From positions 32,001 to 96,000 of the forward strand of contig JANNVX010000098.1 in the NCBI GenBank assembly GCA_031414595.1: a DNA stretch of 64,000 nt. Reading direction: 5' to 3'. Source of the DNA: Deinococcales bacterium (GTDB lineage Bacteria; Deinococcota; Deinococci; Deinococcales; JAAFIG01). Position 1 is the first letter of the stretch. Every line of letters starts with the position of its first letter. The position numbers and the translations under genes were made by a program. Positions 51,123 through 60,215 of this stretch are shown here, piece after piece. Below the pieces are notes generated by a model, which searched no databases, had not been told where the DNA came from, and saw nothing but the letters and a program-made list of their open reading frames with translations.

Positions 51123-51308
51123 ATGACAATGAAAATGGTGTACTGGGAAGATGACGGTTGGCTGGTTGGTCGTTTAATTGATTATCCAAATGTGGCAACT
51201 CAAGCCGAAACCCTTGAAGAACTCGAGGAGAACATTAAGGATGCCTTTGAACTGATGTATCTCGAGGATGTACCAGCCAATCACAAGTTTAAGGAAGTTA
51301 CCATTTGA
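51123..51308 (+). CDS. hicB: HicB-like antitoxin (short)
   Basis: YWEDDGWLVG...YPNVATQAETLEELEENIKDA. Confidence 0.85.
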   Translation: MTMKMVYWEDDGWLVGRLIDYPNVATQAETLEELEENIKDAFELMYLEDVPANHKFKEVTI

Positions 51309-51496
51309 AGCACCGTGACTTGATTCGCTTACTTGTTCAAAATGGTTGTTTTCTAAAACGAAACGGCAAAAAGCACGATTTGTACATCAATCCAGCAACA
51401 GGCGCATCATCGGCAGTTCCACGACATTCGGAAATCAAAGAGACAATGGCACGAATCATTCTGAAAGAATTAAGTATTGAAATAAAAAACAATTAG
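51305..51496 (+). CDS. hicA: HicA toxin
   Basis: KHRDLIRLL..NGC...R.GKKHDLY.NP...VPRHSEI. Confidence 0.88.
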   Translation: MKHRDLIRLLVQNGCFLKRNGKKHDLYINPATGASSAVPRHSEIKETMARIILKELSIEIKNN

Positions 51497-51539
51497 GTGA
51501 TGCTCGAGATTCAAACGTTTTGCTAAAAGAGGTGAAGAA

Positions 51540-51761
51540 GTGAATCCAAATCCAATACGTCCGCCGCAGCAATTTCTTGTAGACCATCATGGAATAAAAA
51601 CCCATGTTATTTTGCCGCTCGAGGAATACGAGGAAATGATTGACCAGCTTCTTGATGCAAGGGATGCGGTCGAAATGCCAAAATTAGTCGTAGAAGCTCG
51701 AGCCAATAGTGAGAGGATAACGATTGAAGAACTTCGCAAACAATATGGACTCGAGCCATAA
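51540..51761 (+). CDS. Orphan antitoxin-like protein
   Basis: QFLVDHHG.KTHVILPLEEYEEM...DARD...ERITIEEL pattern of RelE-partner antitoxins. Confidence 0.55.
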   Translation: MNPNPIRPPQQFLVDHHGIKTHVILPLEEYEEMIDQLLDARDAVEMPKLVVEARANSERITIEELRKQYGLEP

Positions 51762-51801
51762 GAGAAAAAATGAAGTCTATGAACGCTAATAAGGAGTACA
51801 A

Positions 51802-52926
51802 ATGCTGATTGAAATTTTAATTGTTTTACTAAAAGCCGTTGGTGTAGCCCTTGGGCTACTCACCACTTTCGCCTACATGACCCTAATCGAACGCCGTTTG
51901 CTTGGGCGTTTCCAAATGCGTCACGGTCCAAATCGGGTTGGTGGTCCGCTGGGTTTGGCTCAACCACTTGCCGATGCCATCAAAAGCATTTTCAAAGAGG
52001 ATGTCAACATCACCCTAGCCGATAAGTTCGTCTATTGGATTGCGCCACTTATCGCCATCACCATGTCCTTAACCGCTTTCGGAGCAATTCCAGCCGGTCC
52101 TGCTGGTAGTTTATTCGGCACTGACCCTTGGGTGTTTAACCTCGATATTGGCTTGCTGTTTATTCTTGGAACAACCAGCATGGGTGTCTACGGCATTTTT
52201 CTGGGTGGTTGGGCTTCGGGCAGCAAATACCCGCTTTTGGGTGGGCTTCGTGCCAGCGCCCAAGTGATTAGTTACGAACTCGGTATGGGGCTTAGTGTCT
52301 TGGGGCTACTGATTCTAGTGGGCAGCATGAACTTGCTCGAGATTGTCAAATGGCAAACCGAAAATGGCTGGTTAATTCTGTTTCAGTGTGTGGCTTTCAT
52401 GACTTTTTTTGTTTCCGCCTTTGCCGAAACCAACCGCTCACCGTTTGACCTTCCAGAAGCCGAACAAGAATTGGTGGCAGGGTTTCTAACCGAATACTCG
52501 AGCATCAAATGGGCATTGTTTCAAATGGCGGAGTACGTGGCAATGATTACGGCTTCGGCAGTCATGGCAACCTTGTTCTTTGGTGGCTACAAAGGACCAA
52601 ATCTCGAGATAGCTGGGTTTAACATTGGCAATATTCCATTTATTTGGTTGTACGCTAAAATTGGTGTGTTTTTGTTTGTGTTTATCTGGGTTCGGGCAAC
52701 GCTCCCTCGGATGAGGTACGACAAGCTGATGCAATTCGGTTGGAAGTTCTTGTTTCCTGTGGCACTAGGTAACACGCTTGTGGCAGCAGGTTTCAGAGGC
52801 TACTTCCCCAAAGATACCCCTTGGATTTTAGGTGGGATTAGCTTGGTTGCTCTCATTATTATTTTTGCTGTGACCTCGAGAAACCCTGTGCGACCCGCGC
52901 CTGCTCGAGCCAATGCTGGCGACTGA
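51802..52926 (+). CDS. nuoH: NADH-quinone oxidoreductase subunit H
   Basis: ERRLL...[44 protein letters not shown]. Confidence 0.97.
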   Translation: MLIEILIVLLKAVGVALGLLTTFAYMTLIERRLLGRFQMRHGPNRVGGPLGLAQPLADAIKSIFKEDVNITLADKFVYWIAPLIAITMSLTAFGAIPAGPAGSLFGTDPWVFNLDIGLLFILGTTSMGVYGIFLGGWASGSKYPLLGGLRASAQVISYELGMGLSVLGLLILVGSMNLLEIVKWQTENGWLILFQCVAFMTFFVSAFAETNRSPFDLPEAEQELVAGFLTEYSSIKWALFQMAEYVAMITASAVMATLFFGGYKGPNLEIAGFNIGNIPFIWLYAKIGVFLFVFIWVRATLPRMRYDKLMQFGWKFLFPVALGNTLVAAGFRGYFPKDTPWILGGISLVALIIIFAVTSRNPVRPAPARANAGD

Positions 52927-52959
52927 TAGAATGATTTTGGAGGTGAATGAAATGAGTGT
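52901..52959 (+). repeat. nuoH 3'-end/junction repeat, family H (copy 1)
   Basis: 54/59 identical to 53581-53639; partial third copy at 54249-54278; contains CTCGAG, TGaTAGAAT and GGAGG. Confidence 0.9.
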
Positions 52960-53164
52960 GATGCAAATGGTTGAAAGTGTAAGGGAGTTATCCATAGCCG
53001 AAATTGAACAATTACAAGATGCGCTCGAGAAAGAACGTTTGATGCAACTCAGTAAAATAGCTGCTAAACGTTGGGCTGGTAAGACTTTTGAATTGTGTTT
53101 CCCCTCGAGCAAAGATGTACCTGTCCACCCTTTTCAAGTTTTTCTCGAGAATCAAAAACCATGA
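52952..53164 (+). CDS. Small partner protein of retropepsin module (copy 3)
   Basis: RBS GGAGGTG, MSV start, FELCFP motif; ATGA overlap. Confidence 0.7.
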   Translation: MSVMQMVESVRELSIAEIEQLQDALEKERLMQLSKIAAKRWAGKTFELCFPSSKDVPVHPFQVFLENQKP

Positions 53165-53577
53165 ATTACGTTAAATTTCCGTATCAACCAATCAAAGATG
53201 ATTTATTCATGCCTTATGCGTGGGTGCGTTTGTCCTTTGGTAATACTTTTTGGGATGAATGGGCTTTGGTTGATAGTGGTGCGGAAATCAATGTTATTCC
53301 GTTTAGTGTTGGAGTAAAATTGGGTCTTGATTGGAATACATCTGAAGATGGTCCAACAATTGGTGGTAGTGCTTCTGGTGCTACGAAAACTGTTGAACTT
53401 ACTGTGACTATCGGTTCTTTTACAAATGTGTCAATGAGTTTTTGTTGGCTCAGTCATGATAATGTTAGGGTTTTACTTGGAGAACAAGATTTTTTTGAGA
53501 ATTTTGCTGTTTATTTTGATTTACAAAACAAAGAATTTGCTTTGTTTCAATATGCAAAGAAACAGGATGTTGAGTAG
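53161..53577 (+). CDS. Retropepsin-like aspartic protease (copy 3)
   Basis: MPY, ALVDSGA, GVKLGLDW, VLLGEQDFF. Confidence 0.8.
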   Translation: MNYVKFPYQPIKDDLFMPYAWVRLSFGNTFWDEWALVDSGAEINVIPFSVGVKLGLDWNTSEDGPTIGGSASGATKTVELTVTIGSFTNVSMSFCWLSHDNVRVLLGEQDFFENFAVYFDLQNKEFALFQYAKKQDVE

Positions 53578-53580
53578 CCT

Positions 53581-53639
53581 CTGCTCGAGCTAAAGCTGGT
53601 AGCTGATAGAATGATTTTGGAGGTGAATGAAATGAGTGT
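53581..53639 (+). repeat. Family H junction repeat (copy 2)
   Basis: Exactly 680 bp downstream of copy 1. Confidence 0.9.
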
Positions 53640-53853
53640 CGGACAAATAATTACACAACTTAAAAGTCTCTCGAGAAATGATTTGGTCTTAATCGTGAAT
53701 GAGGCACAGAAAACACTTCATGAACTTGACCCGATTGCATCCAATCATCTTGACTTGTCCAAAATGCCAAAGAACCCTGAAATTTGGTCGCCTTGGGATG
53801 AATACCAAGCCGCTGATGATATGGAAAGATTACTCGCTGAGGGAAAATTGTGA
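53632..53853 (+). CDS. Small partner protein of retropepsin module (copy 4)
   Basis: MSV start, EIWSPWDEYQAA motif; GTGA overlap. Confidence 0.72.
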   Translation: MSVGQIITQLKSLSRNDLVLIVNEAQKTLHELDPIASNHLDLSKMPKNPEIWSPWDEYQAADDMERLLAEGKL

Positions 53854-54272
53854 GTGATGTAGAGCGTTTTTCTTACATAATTAAGGGCGAAATGGGTAAA
53901 ATGCCGATTATTCCTATTCGTTTCTTAGATAATAATAAAGCCATTGAAGAACTAGCGCTTTTAGATTCTGGTGCAGCCGTGAGTATTTTACCGTACAGAA
54001 TGGGTTTAGCATTAAAGCAGGATTGGAATAATCCAAAATTATATGAGGCTAGGCTAGGTGGCGTGTTTCGGCATTTAACTGGAAAATTTGTGAAAGTGTC
54101 ATTGCAAATTGGGCAACTCGAGCCTCGAGATGTTGCATTCGTGTGGATGGAATCTGAAAATGTGCCGCTTATTCTTGGTAATGGTAATTTCTTTCAGATT
54201 TTTGATGTGTGTTTTTCACGCTTAAACAATGAAATTTCGGTGCGTTTAGCTCGAGCCAAAGCTGGTAGCTGA
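53850..54272 (+). CDS. Retropepsin-like aspartic protease (copy 4)
   Basis: MP, ALLDSGA, GLALKQDW, PLILGNGNFF..FDVCF. Confidence 0.8.
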   Translation: MSDVERFSYIIKGEMGKMPIIPIRFLDNNKAIEELALLDSGAAVSILPYRMGLALKQDWNNPKLYEARLGGVFRHLTGKFVKVSLQIGQLEPRDVAFVWMESENVPLILGNGNFFQIFDVCFSRLNNEISVRLARAKAGS

Positions 54273-54278
54273 TAGAAT
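54249..54278 (+). repeat. Family H junction repeat (copy 3, partial)
   Basis: GCTCGAGCCAAAGCTGGTAGCTGATAGAAT. Confidence 0.85.
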
Positions 54279-54296
54279 AAAATTGGGGGAGTATTT

Positions 54297-54731
54297 ATGC
54301 CAAAAAGTAAAAATCCGTATAGCAAAGAGGTAAAAGAGAAGGCAATAAGAAAAGTTGCAGAAGGTTTGTCTTACGCTGAAGTAGGACGCGAAATGGGGAT
54401 TCCATATTCGACTATTAGTAATTGGTCTAAGGAAGGTGGTATTGAAAGTAAACATAGTAATGGCAAGGGGCAGGCTTTGTACAATATGATGCGGGTCTGT
54501 ACAACCTTGTTTCAAACAATAAGTCAAATCCATAGCTATGCTTATGGCACTTTTCAAAACAGTAGGCACTATAAACATCTACGAGACGCTGCAAAAAAGG
54601 GCTTACTTGAAAGAAGAATAGATGGATTAGATGAGTCATTTAAATTAACAAAACTTGGCAAAGAATGGTTAAAAGCTAATGAAAATACTTTTGAAGAAAA
54701 ATATCAAGAATTAATTTTAAAGCGAGCGTAA
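54297..54731 (+). CDS. HTH protein (IS3 OrfA-like N-terminal HTH + winged-helix-like C-terminus)
   Basis: YSKEVKEKAI...SYAEVGREMGIPYSTISNW; KKGLLE...FKLTKLGKEWL; AT-rich. Confidence 0.6.
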   Translation: MPKSKNPYSKEVKEKAIRKVAEGLSYAEVGREMGIPYSTISNWSKEGGIESKHSNGKGQALYNMMRVCTTLFQTISQIHSYAYGTFQNSRHYKHLRDAAKKGLLERRIDGLDESFKLTKLGKEWLKANENTFEEKYQELILKRA

Positions 54732-54769
54732 TTTGACTCTTAATTGCTGTATTATCGGAGGTTCTTAAA

Positions 54770-55444
54770 ATGGGTGTTCTCGAGATCGCCAAAGGGATGG
54801 GTACAACCCTTGGCAAATTGTTCCAAAAGCCTTTAACCGTTTCCTATCCAGAAACGCCAATTCGTTTGCAACCGCGTTTTCGTGGTCGGCATATCCTGAC
54901 TAAGCACGCCAACGGCTTAGAAAAGTGCATTGGCTGTTCGCTCTGCGCTGCCGCCTGTCCAGCCTATGCCATCTATGTCGAAGCCGCCGAGAATACCTCG
55001 ATCCAGACCGTCTCGGCGGGGGAAAGGTACGCTTCGGTATACGAAATCAATATGCTGCGCTGTATTTTTTGCGGCATGTGCGAAGAGGCTTGCCCGACAG
55101 GTGCAATTATTTTAGGTACAGACTTTGAACTCGCCGATTATAAATCTCGAGATTTTGTGTATGGCAAGGAAGACATGATGGTCGGTGTGGTCGGTACAAA
55201 GCCCCAACGCCGCGAAGCCGAACACAAGAATAAACCCGTCAAACTTGGCTACAACATCACCCCTCGAGCCGAAGTTGCCGAGGCACTCGAGGCGCTAAAG
55301 AACCCCAATAAGCGAGTCTCGAGTCTGCCAGCCTCGGGTGTGGGTATAGGGGTTGTATCTCGAGATACTGGGGACGACACAGGGCGCTCGAGTCCAAGCC
55401 GAATTAACGATGCACCAATTGCCAAGGGTATAGTGAAACGATGA
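54770..55444 (+). CDS. nuoI: NADH-quinone oxidoreductase subunit I
   Basis: [12 protein letters not shown] and [12 protein letters not shown]. Confidence 0.97.
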   Translation: MGVLEIAKGMGTTLGKLFQKPLTVSYPETPIRLQPRFRGRHILTKHANGLEKCIGCSLCAAACPAYAIYVEAAENTSIQTVSAGERYASVYEINMLRCIFCGMCEEACPTGAIILGTDFELADYKSRDFVYGKEDMMVGVVGTKPQRREAEHKNKPVKLGYNITPRAEVAEALEALKNPNKRVSSLPASGVGIGVVSRDTGDDTGRSSPSRINDAPIAKGIVKR

Positions 55445-56004
55445 TTGTCTTTGTTTTGCTGTCTTTACTCGCCGTTGCTGGAGCGCTTGGCACGATTTTA
55501 TGGAAGAACGCGCTTTACAGTGCGCTTTCTTTGGTCGGGACGCTCCTAGCCTTGGCGTGTATTTTCGTGACCCTCGAGGCGCAGTTTTTGGCCAGTGTCC
55601 AAGTGATTGTCTACGCGGGTGCAATCATGGTGCTGTTCTTGTTTGTGATTATGCTCCTGAACGCCCAGTATCCAGACCAGCACGAAGACCCACTGCCGTG
55701 GCTTGCACCTGTAGCCATTGCGGGTGGGATTGTCCTCGCGGGGGCGCTTGCCTACACTGCCTTTTTGTTCAAAGCCCCCAAAGCCCTCGAGACGGCAGCC
55801 AAAGCCTTGCAGGGTGGTACACCGGGTCCTGTGGGTGAAACGCTGTTCACCAAGTTCTTACTGCCATTTGAAGCGGTGTCGTTGCTGCTGATTATCGCTG
55901 TGGTTGGTGCGGTGGCTTTGGTCAAACGCGAACCCGAAGGCAAACAAGTTAGGGAAACCCTCGAGGAACGGGCTACCCACACCCCCGAAGAGGTCGTCGC
56001 ATGA
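55441..56004 (+). CDS. nuoJ: NADH-quinone oxidoreductase subunit J
   Basis: [29 protein letters not shown]. Confidence 0.95.
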   Translation: MIVFVLLSLLAVAGALGTILWKNALYSALSLVGTLLALACIFVTLEAQFLASVQVIVYAGAIMVLFLFVIMLLNAQYPDQHEDPLPWLAPVAIAGGIVLAGALAYTAFLFKAPKALETAAKALQGGTPGPVGETLFTKFLLPFEAVSLLLIIAVVGAVALVKREPEGKQVRETLEERATHTPEEVVA

Positions 56005-56016
56005 CCCAAAATCACC

Positions 56017-56079
56017 GTAGGGGCGAGACTGTCTTGACCCTAAACACGCACCTAGCGGGCAGGGTCGCTTGCCTCGCCC
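56017..56079 (+). repeat. GTAG-family REP palindrome with nested insert
   Basis: Near-identical to 36000-36063. Confidence 0.85.
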
Positions 56080-56094
56080 AACTGAGAGGACATC

Positions 56095-56397
56095 ATGGTT
56101 GAAACCCCGTATTACATTGCCCTCGCGGGTATTTTATTTTCGATAGGCGCAGTCGGTTTTCTGATGCGCCGCAGTGTGATTCAAATGTTCTTGTGCGTCG
56201 AACTAATGCTGAATTCTGCCAATCTGGTGCTGGTGGCGTTCGCTCGAGCATGGGGGAATCTCGAGGCGCAGACAGCCGTGTTTATCATCCTGACTCTTGC
56301 GGCGGCTGAAGTGGCAATTGGCTTAGGGATTATCGTGGCGATTTTTAGGAAACGAGTCTCCACGAATGTGGATGAACTCTCGAGTTTGAAGGGATAA
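56095..56397 (+). CDS. nuoK: NADH-quinone oxidoreductase subunit K
   Basis: CVELMLNSANL, AAAEVAIGL. Confidence 0.96.
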   Translation: MVETPYYIALAGILFSIGAVGFLMRRSVIQMFLCVELMLNSANLVLVAFARAWGNLEAQTAVFIILTLAAAEVAIGLGIIVAIFRKRVSTNVDELSSLKG

Positions 56398-56400
56398 ATT

Positions 56401-58362
56401 GTGGAGAATATCTTTTACTTAATGATTGTGCCACCGCTTCTTGGTTGGTTGCTTTTAATTGCCTTTGGTAAGCGGTTGCCCGAACCAACTTCGGGGTATG
56501 TGGCGAGTGGCATGATTTTGGTCTCGTTTGTGATGGCAGTGCTTGGGTTTTTCGGGACAATGAATCTCGAGGAAGGTAAGCAGTGGCACGTTAAACTCTG
56601 GGAATTCCTACCATTTATTGGTGGCGAGGGTAAATCCCTGTACATGGGTTTTGCACTCGACCAACTCTCGAGTCTGATGACCCTGATTATCACGGGTGTT
56701 GGCTTTTTGATTCATGTCTTTGCAATTGGCTATATGCACGGGGACACGGGCTTCTCGAGGTTCTTTGCGTACCTGAATTTCTTTGTGGCGTTTATGCTGA
56801 TTCTGGTGTTGGCGGATTCCTTGCCCGTACTGTTTATCGGTTGGGAAGGCGTGGGCGTTGCCAGTTTCCTGCTCATCGGTTTTTGGTACAAGGATTTTAA
56901 TAACTCGAACGCTGCCCGTAAAGCCTTTATCGTCAACCGAGTTGGCGATGCGTTTTTGATGCTGGGGATGTTCTTGTTGTTTAAAGAATTCGGCACATTA
57001 AATCTGCATGAACTCAAAGAATCCTTTGGTTCGGTCAATGTGCCACTGGTCGGCGAAGTCTCGAGGAATGCCGTGGCGTATGGTGCGCCCGGTCTCGAGT
57101 TAGCCTGTGTGTTCTTGCTGCTCGGCGCGGCGGGTAAAAGCGCTCAATTGCCGCTTTCAACTTGGCTACCCGATGCGATGGCGGGTCCAACCCCTGTTTC
57201 TGCCCTGATTCACGCGGCGACGATGGTTACGGCGGGTGTCTACCTTGTGGCGCGTAATTCCGAGTTGTTTGCTCATGCCCCTGTCGCTTCTGGCTGGGTG
57301 GCGTGGGTTGGTGCTGCGACGGCTGCTTACGGGGCGGTGTGTGCCATTGCTCAGACCGATATTAAAAAGATTTTGGCGTACAGCACCGTCTCGCAACTTG
57401 GGTTTATGTTTGTGGCAGTGGGTTGTGGTGCGTACTGGGTCGGGATTTTCCATGTGCTAACCCATGCGTTCTTCAAAGCCTTGTTGTTTCTGGCTTCGGG
57501 TAGCGTCATTCATGCACTGGGCGGCGAACAGGACGTTCGTAAAATGGGCGGTTTACGCAAGGTCTTACCGACCACGCATTTGGTTTCTTTTATTGGCACA
57601 TTAGCCATTATGGGTGTGCCGCTTTTGGCTGGGTTTTTCTCTAAAGATGCGATTCTCGAGAGTACCTTAATGTCGCCTTTCGTGGGTGGAGAAGCTGGTA
57701 ATGTTCTGCTTTTTGCCGTAATGGTGATTGTGGCAACCATGACTGCCGCCTACATGTGGCGTTGGTATGTGCTGGTTTTTGTTGGCGAGTATCGAGGTCA
57801 CGCCCATCCGCATGAATCTGGGGCAGTCATGACTTTACCTCTGATGGTGTTGGCGGTTCTCAGCGTGATTGGTGGCTTTATCGGCTTACCGCACTTCTTG
57901 GGTAAAAATGTCAATTTAATCGAACCGTATCTCGAGAAAGTTGCTCATAATGCTAAGGGCATGACCAAACTCGAGGGAATTGTCGAATTTGTCCCACTGA
58001 TTTTTAGTGTCTTGGCGGTACTTGTCGGGTATTTGATTGCCAATTACTTCTTTAGGCGCGATGGGGCTAACGTTATGGCAGAAATTCCAAACAGCTTTGG
58101 CAATGCTTCAAAAAATGCCTTGTACTTGGATAAAGTCTATGATTTTGTGCTTGGCAATCCGTCTCGAGTGGCGGCGCAGTTCTTAGGGATTGTGGATAAA
58201 AGCGGAGTTCAAGCCAGCGCGCACTTTCTGGGGGAACAAGTCGGGGAAGCTGGCGCGAGTCTATCCATTTGGCAAGCTGGTTTTGCCCGTGGTTACGCGG
58301 TTGCCATTCTCATCGGCACAGTCGGTTTGATTGGTTTTTTAATCCTGCGGGGGTTCGCATGA
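56401..58362 (+). CDS. nuoL: NADH-quinone oxidoreductase subunit L
   Basis: GWEGVG, GKSAQLP...WLPDAMAGPTPVSALIHAATMV, HAFFKALLF. Confidence 0.97.
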   Translation: MENIFYLMIVPPLLGWLLLIAFGKRLPEPTSGYVASGMILVSFVMAVLGFFGTMNLEEGKQWHVKLWEFLPFIGGEGKSLYMGFALDQLSSLMTLIITGVGFLIHVFAIGYMHGDTGFSRFFAYLNFFVAFMLILVLADSLPVLFIGWEGVGVASFLLIGFWYKDFNNSNAARKAFIVNRVGDAFLMLGMFLLFKEFGTLNLHELKESFGSVNVPLVGEVSRNAVAYGAPGLELACVFLLLGAAGKSAQLPLSTWLPDAMAGPTPVSALIHAATMVTAGVYLVARNSELFAHAPVASGWVAWVGAATAAYGAVCAIAQTDIKKILAYSTVSQLGFMFVAVGCGAYWVGIFHVLTHAFFKALLFLASGSVIHALGGEQDVRKMGGLRKVLPTTHLVSFIGTLAIMGVPLLAGFFSKDAILESTLMSPFVGGEAGNVLLFAVMVIVATMTAAYMWRWYVLVFVGEYRGHAHPHESGAVMTLPLMVLAVLSVIGGFIGLPHFLGKNVNLIEPYLEKVAHNAKGMTKLEGIVEFVPLIFSVLAVLVGYLIANYFFRRDGANVMAEIPNSFGNASKNALYLDKVYDFVLGNPSRVAAQFLGIVDKSGVQASAHFLGEQVGEAGASLSIWQAGFARGYAVAILIGTVGLIGFLILRGFA

Positions 58363-58375
58363 TTCATTATGGTTT

Positions 58376-58510
58376 CGTAGGGGCGACGGAGCTTCAAGCG
58401 ACGGGGGTCGCCCTTGATGTGCAAAAGCGCAATGCTTTGGCGGGTTGGGCGAGGCATACCTGTCTTGACCCAATACACGCACCTCACGGGCAGGGTCGCT
58501 CGCCCCTACG
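58376..58510. repeat. REP doublet (REPIN/BIME-like) with terminal CGTAGGGGCGA inverted repeats
   Basis: CGTAGGGGCGA...TCGCCCCTACG between nuoL and nuoM. Confidence 0.85.
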
Positions 58511-58528
58511 GTTGGATGGGAGATTGGC

Positions 58529-60052
58529 ATGAATTGGGTTTTAATTGCGTTTATTTTCTTGCCGCTTCTGGCTGCCTTGCTGTCGTTACTCGTTCCAAAG
58601 GCGGCTCGAGGGCGTTTTGCAGTGCTGACTGGCTTGGTTCATTTGGCGGTGGGTGTCTACATTTGGTTGGGTGGCACAAAACTCGAGGAGTTCAGTACCA
58701 TCACCGATTGGCTGCCCGGGCTGGGTGTGAAATTCGCGGTCAGCACCGATGGTGTATCCTTGCTGCTCTCACTCGTGACTGCCCTGATGGTTCCGCTTGG
58801 GCTGTACTACCTTTCTTCTCGAGACGATGGCAAGTTATCGGCTTTTTATCCGCTTGCTCTCGCTATGCAGACTGGTATTTTAGGTATTTATGCTGCCAGA
58901 GACTTAATTTTATTCTATGTGTTCTTTGAAGCCACACTGATTCCAAGTTTGTTCTTGCTTGGGCGTTATGGTCGGGCTTCTCGAGTAAAAGCGCTGACCA
59001 CAATGGCGTTGTACACGGTTTTTGGCGGTTTATTGATGTTGGTCAGCATCATCAGTGCCAAGTTACTGACTGGTTCACCGACTTTTCTGCTCGAGGATTT
59101 GTTGCGTGGTTTGCGCTTGCCAATTGCTGATGTGACGCTTTTGTTTATCACTTTTAATCCTAAAACCATGATGTTTATTGGGTTTTTACTTGCCTTGGCG
59201 GTCAAAACCCCGCTTTTTCCGATGCACGCTTGGATGCCAGAATTTCACGCTCAAAATCATCCGAGTGGTGTAGCTGACCTGATGGGAACGCTCTATAAGG
59301 TTGGCGGCTATGCCTTGTTTCGTTTTGCCGTGCCAATGTTCCCCGATGTTGTGGCAAATGCCCAAGGTTGGCTGATGTTCTTAGCCGCCTTTACCGCCAT
59401 TTATGGCGCATGGGTGGCTTTTGCCCAAACCGATTTTAAGCGCTTACTGGCTTACGCAGGTATTTCCCACATGGGTTTGGTGGCATTGGGTGTCTTTAGC
59501 CTTCATCCTGCGGGTGCGGCTGGCGCAATGTTGCTGCTTGCCTTTCAGGGTATCTACTCGAGTGGCTTGTTCTTGGTGGTTGGGATGCTCGAGCGTCGCT
59601 TTATTGTGTTAGAAGGTGGCGATGAAAGCAAAGAAAAAGCCTTGGATCGCGCCCTCGAGATTGGGCGAGTGCGAGGACTTGCCGCAAGCGCTCCAGCCTT
59701 TGCGGGTGTGGCGCTGCTGCTCTGGTTTGCCAGTATTGGTGTTCCGGGTTTGGCAGGTTTTATTGGTGAGTACAGCATTTTACTTGGTGCATACCAAGCC
59801 AATCCGTGGATGGCGGCGATTGCGGTCACAACCGTGATTGCCAGTGCTGCCTTTGCTTTAACTGCCTACCAAAAAACATGGTACGAAGAAGCCACACACA
59901 GCGTAGCCGACCTCTCGAGACGTGAATGGACAGTGCTTATCCCAATCGTTGCCCTTGTGGTCTTGTTTGGTGTCTACAGCGCTCCAGCCCTCGAGTTGGT
60001 CAAACCCGTGGTGGCACAATTGTATGGAATTGCATTGGAGGCAAATAAATGA
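58529..60052 (+). CDS. nuoM: NADH-quinone oxidoreductase subunit M
   Basis: FYVFFEATLIP, VKTPLFPMHAW, KRLLAY..ISHMG, PGLAGFIGE. Confidence 0.95.
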   Translation: MNWVLIAFIFLPLLAALLSLLVPKAARGRFAVLTGLVHLAVGVYIWLGGTKLEEFSTITDWLPGLGVKFAVSTDGVSLLLSLVTALMVPLGLYYLSSRDDGKLSAFYPLALAMQTGILGIYAARDLILFYVFFEATLIPSLFLLGRYGRASRVKALTTMALYTVFGGLLMLVSIISAKLLTGSPTFLLEDLLRGLRLPIADVTLLFITFNPKTMMFIGFLLALAVKTPLFPMHAWMPEFHAQNHPSGVADLMGTLYKVGGYALFRFAVPMFPDVVANAQGWLMFLAAFTAIYGAWVAFAQTDFKRLLAYAGISHMGLVALGVFSLHPAGAAGAMLLLAFQGIYSSGLFLVVGMLERRFIVLEGGDESKEKALDRALEIGRVRGLAASAPAFAGVALLLWFASIGVPGLAGFIGEYSILLGAYQANPWMAAIAVTTVIASAAFALTAYQKTWYEEATHSVADLSRREWTVLIPIVALVVLFGVYSAPALELVKPVVAQLYGIALEANK

Positions 60053-60068
60053 CCCCCGTTTACGAATT

Positions 60069-60180
60069 CGTAGGGGCGAACCTTGTGTTCGCCCTGACCC
60101 TGCCTTGTGCGTACAGGGCGATGACAAGCGACCCAAGCCCGAAGGTGCTGTTTTTGCGGTCAAGAAGCATCGCCCCTACG
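60069..60180. repeat. REP doublet (REPIN/BIME-like)
   Basis: CGTAGGGGCGA...TCGCCCCTACG between nuoM and nuoN. Confidence 0.85.
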
Positions 60181-60215
60181 GTTGGTTTGGTGTTGGTTGT
60201 GACCGAGGTGTGTTT

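Noticed and set aside
44738-54272. Retroelement (gag-pol remnants) suggested by the retropepsins
   Set aside because: No reverse transcriptase, integrase or LTR-like structure; stand-alone retropepsins occur in bacteria
44484-54278. CRISPR array or classical integron attC array
   Set aside because: Spacers are gene-sized, repeats are degenerate and differ per junction, I saw no attC-type inverted R/L box structure, and there are no cas or intI genes in the window
54297-54731. IS3-family insertion sequence
   Set aside because: Only an OrfA-like HTH; no DDE OrfB, terminal inverted repeats or target duplication seen
58414-60215. ORF 58414-58929 and the long N-terminal extension of nuoN from 59922
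   Set aside because: Products of REP sequence and frame overlap with nuoM; better RBS-supported starts are 58529 and 60216
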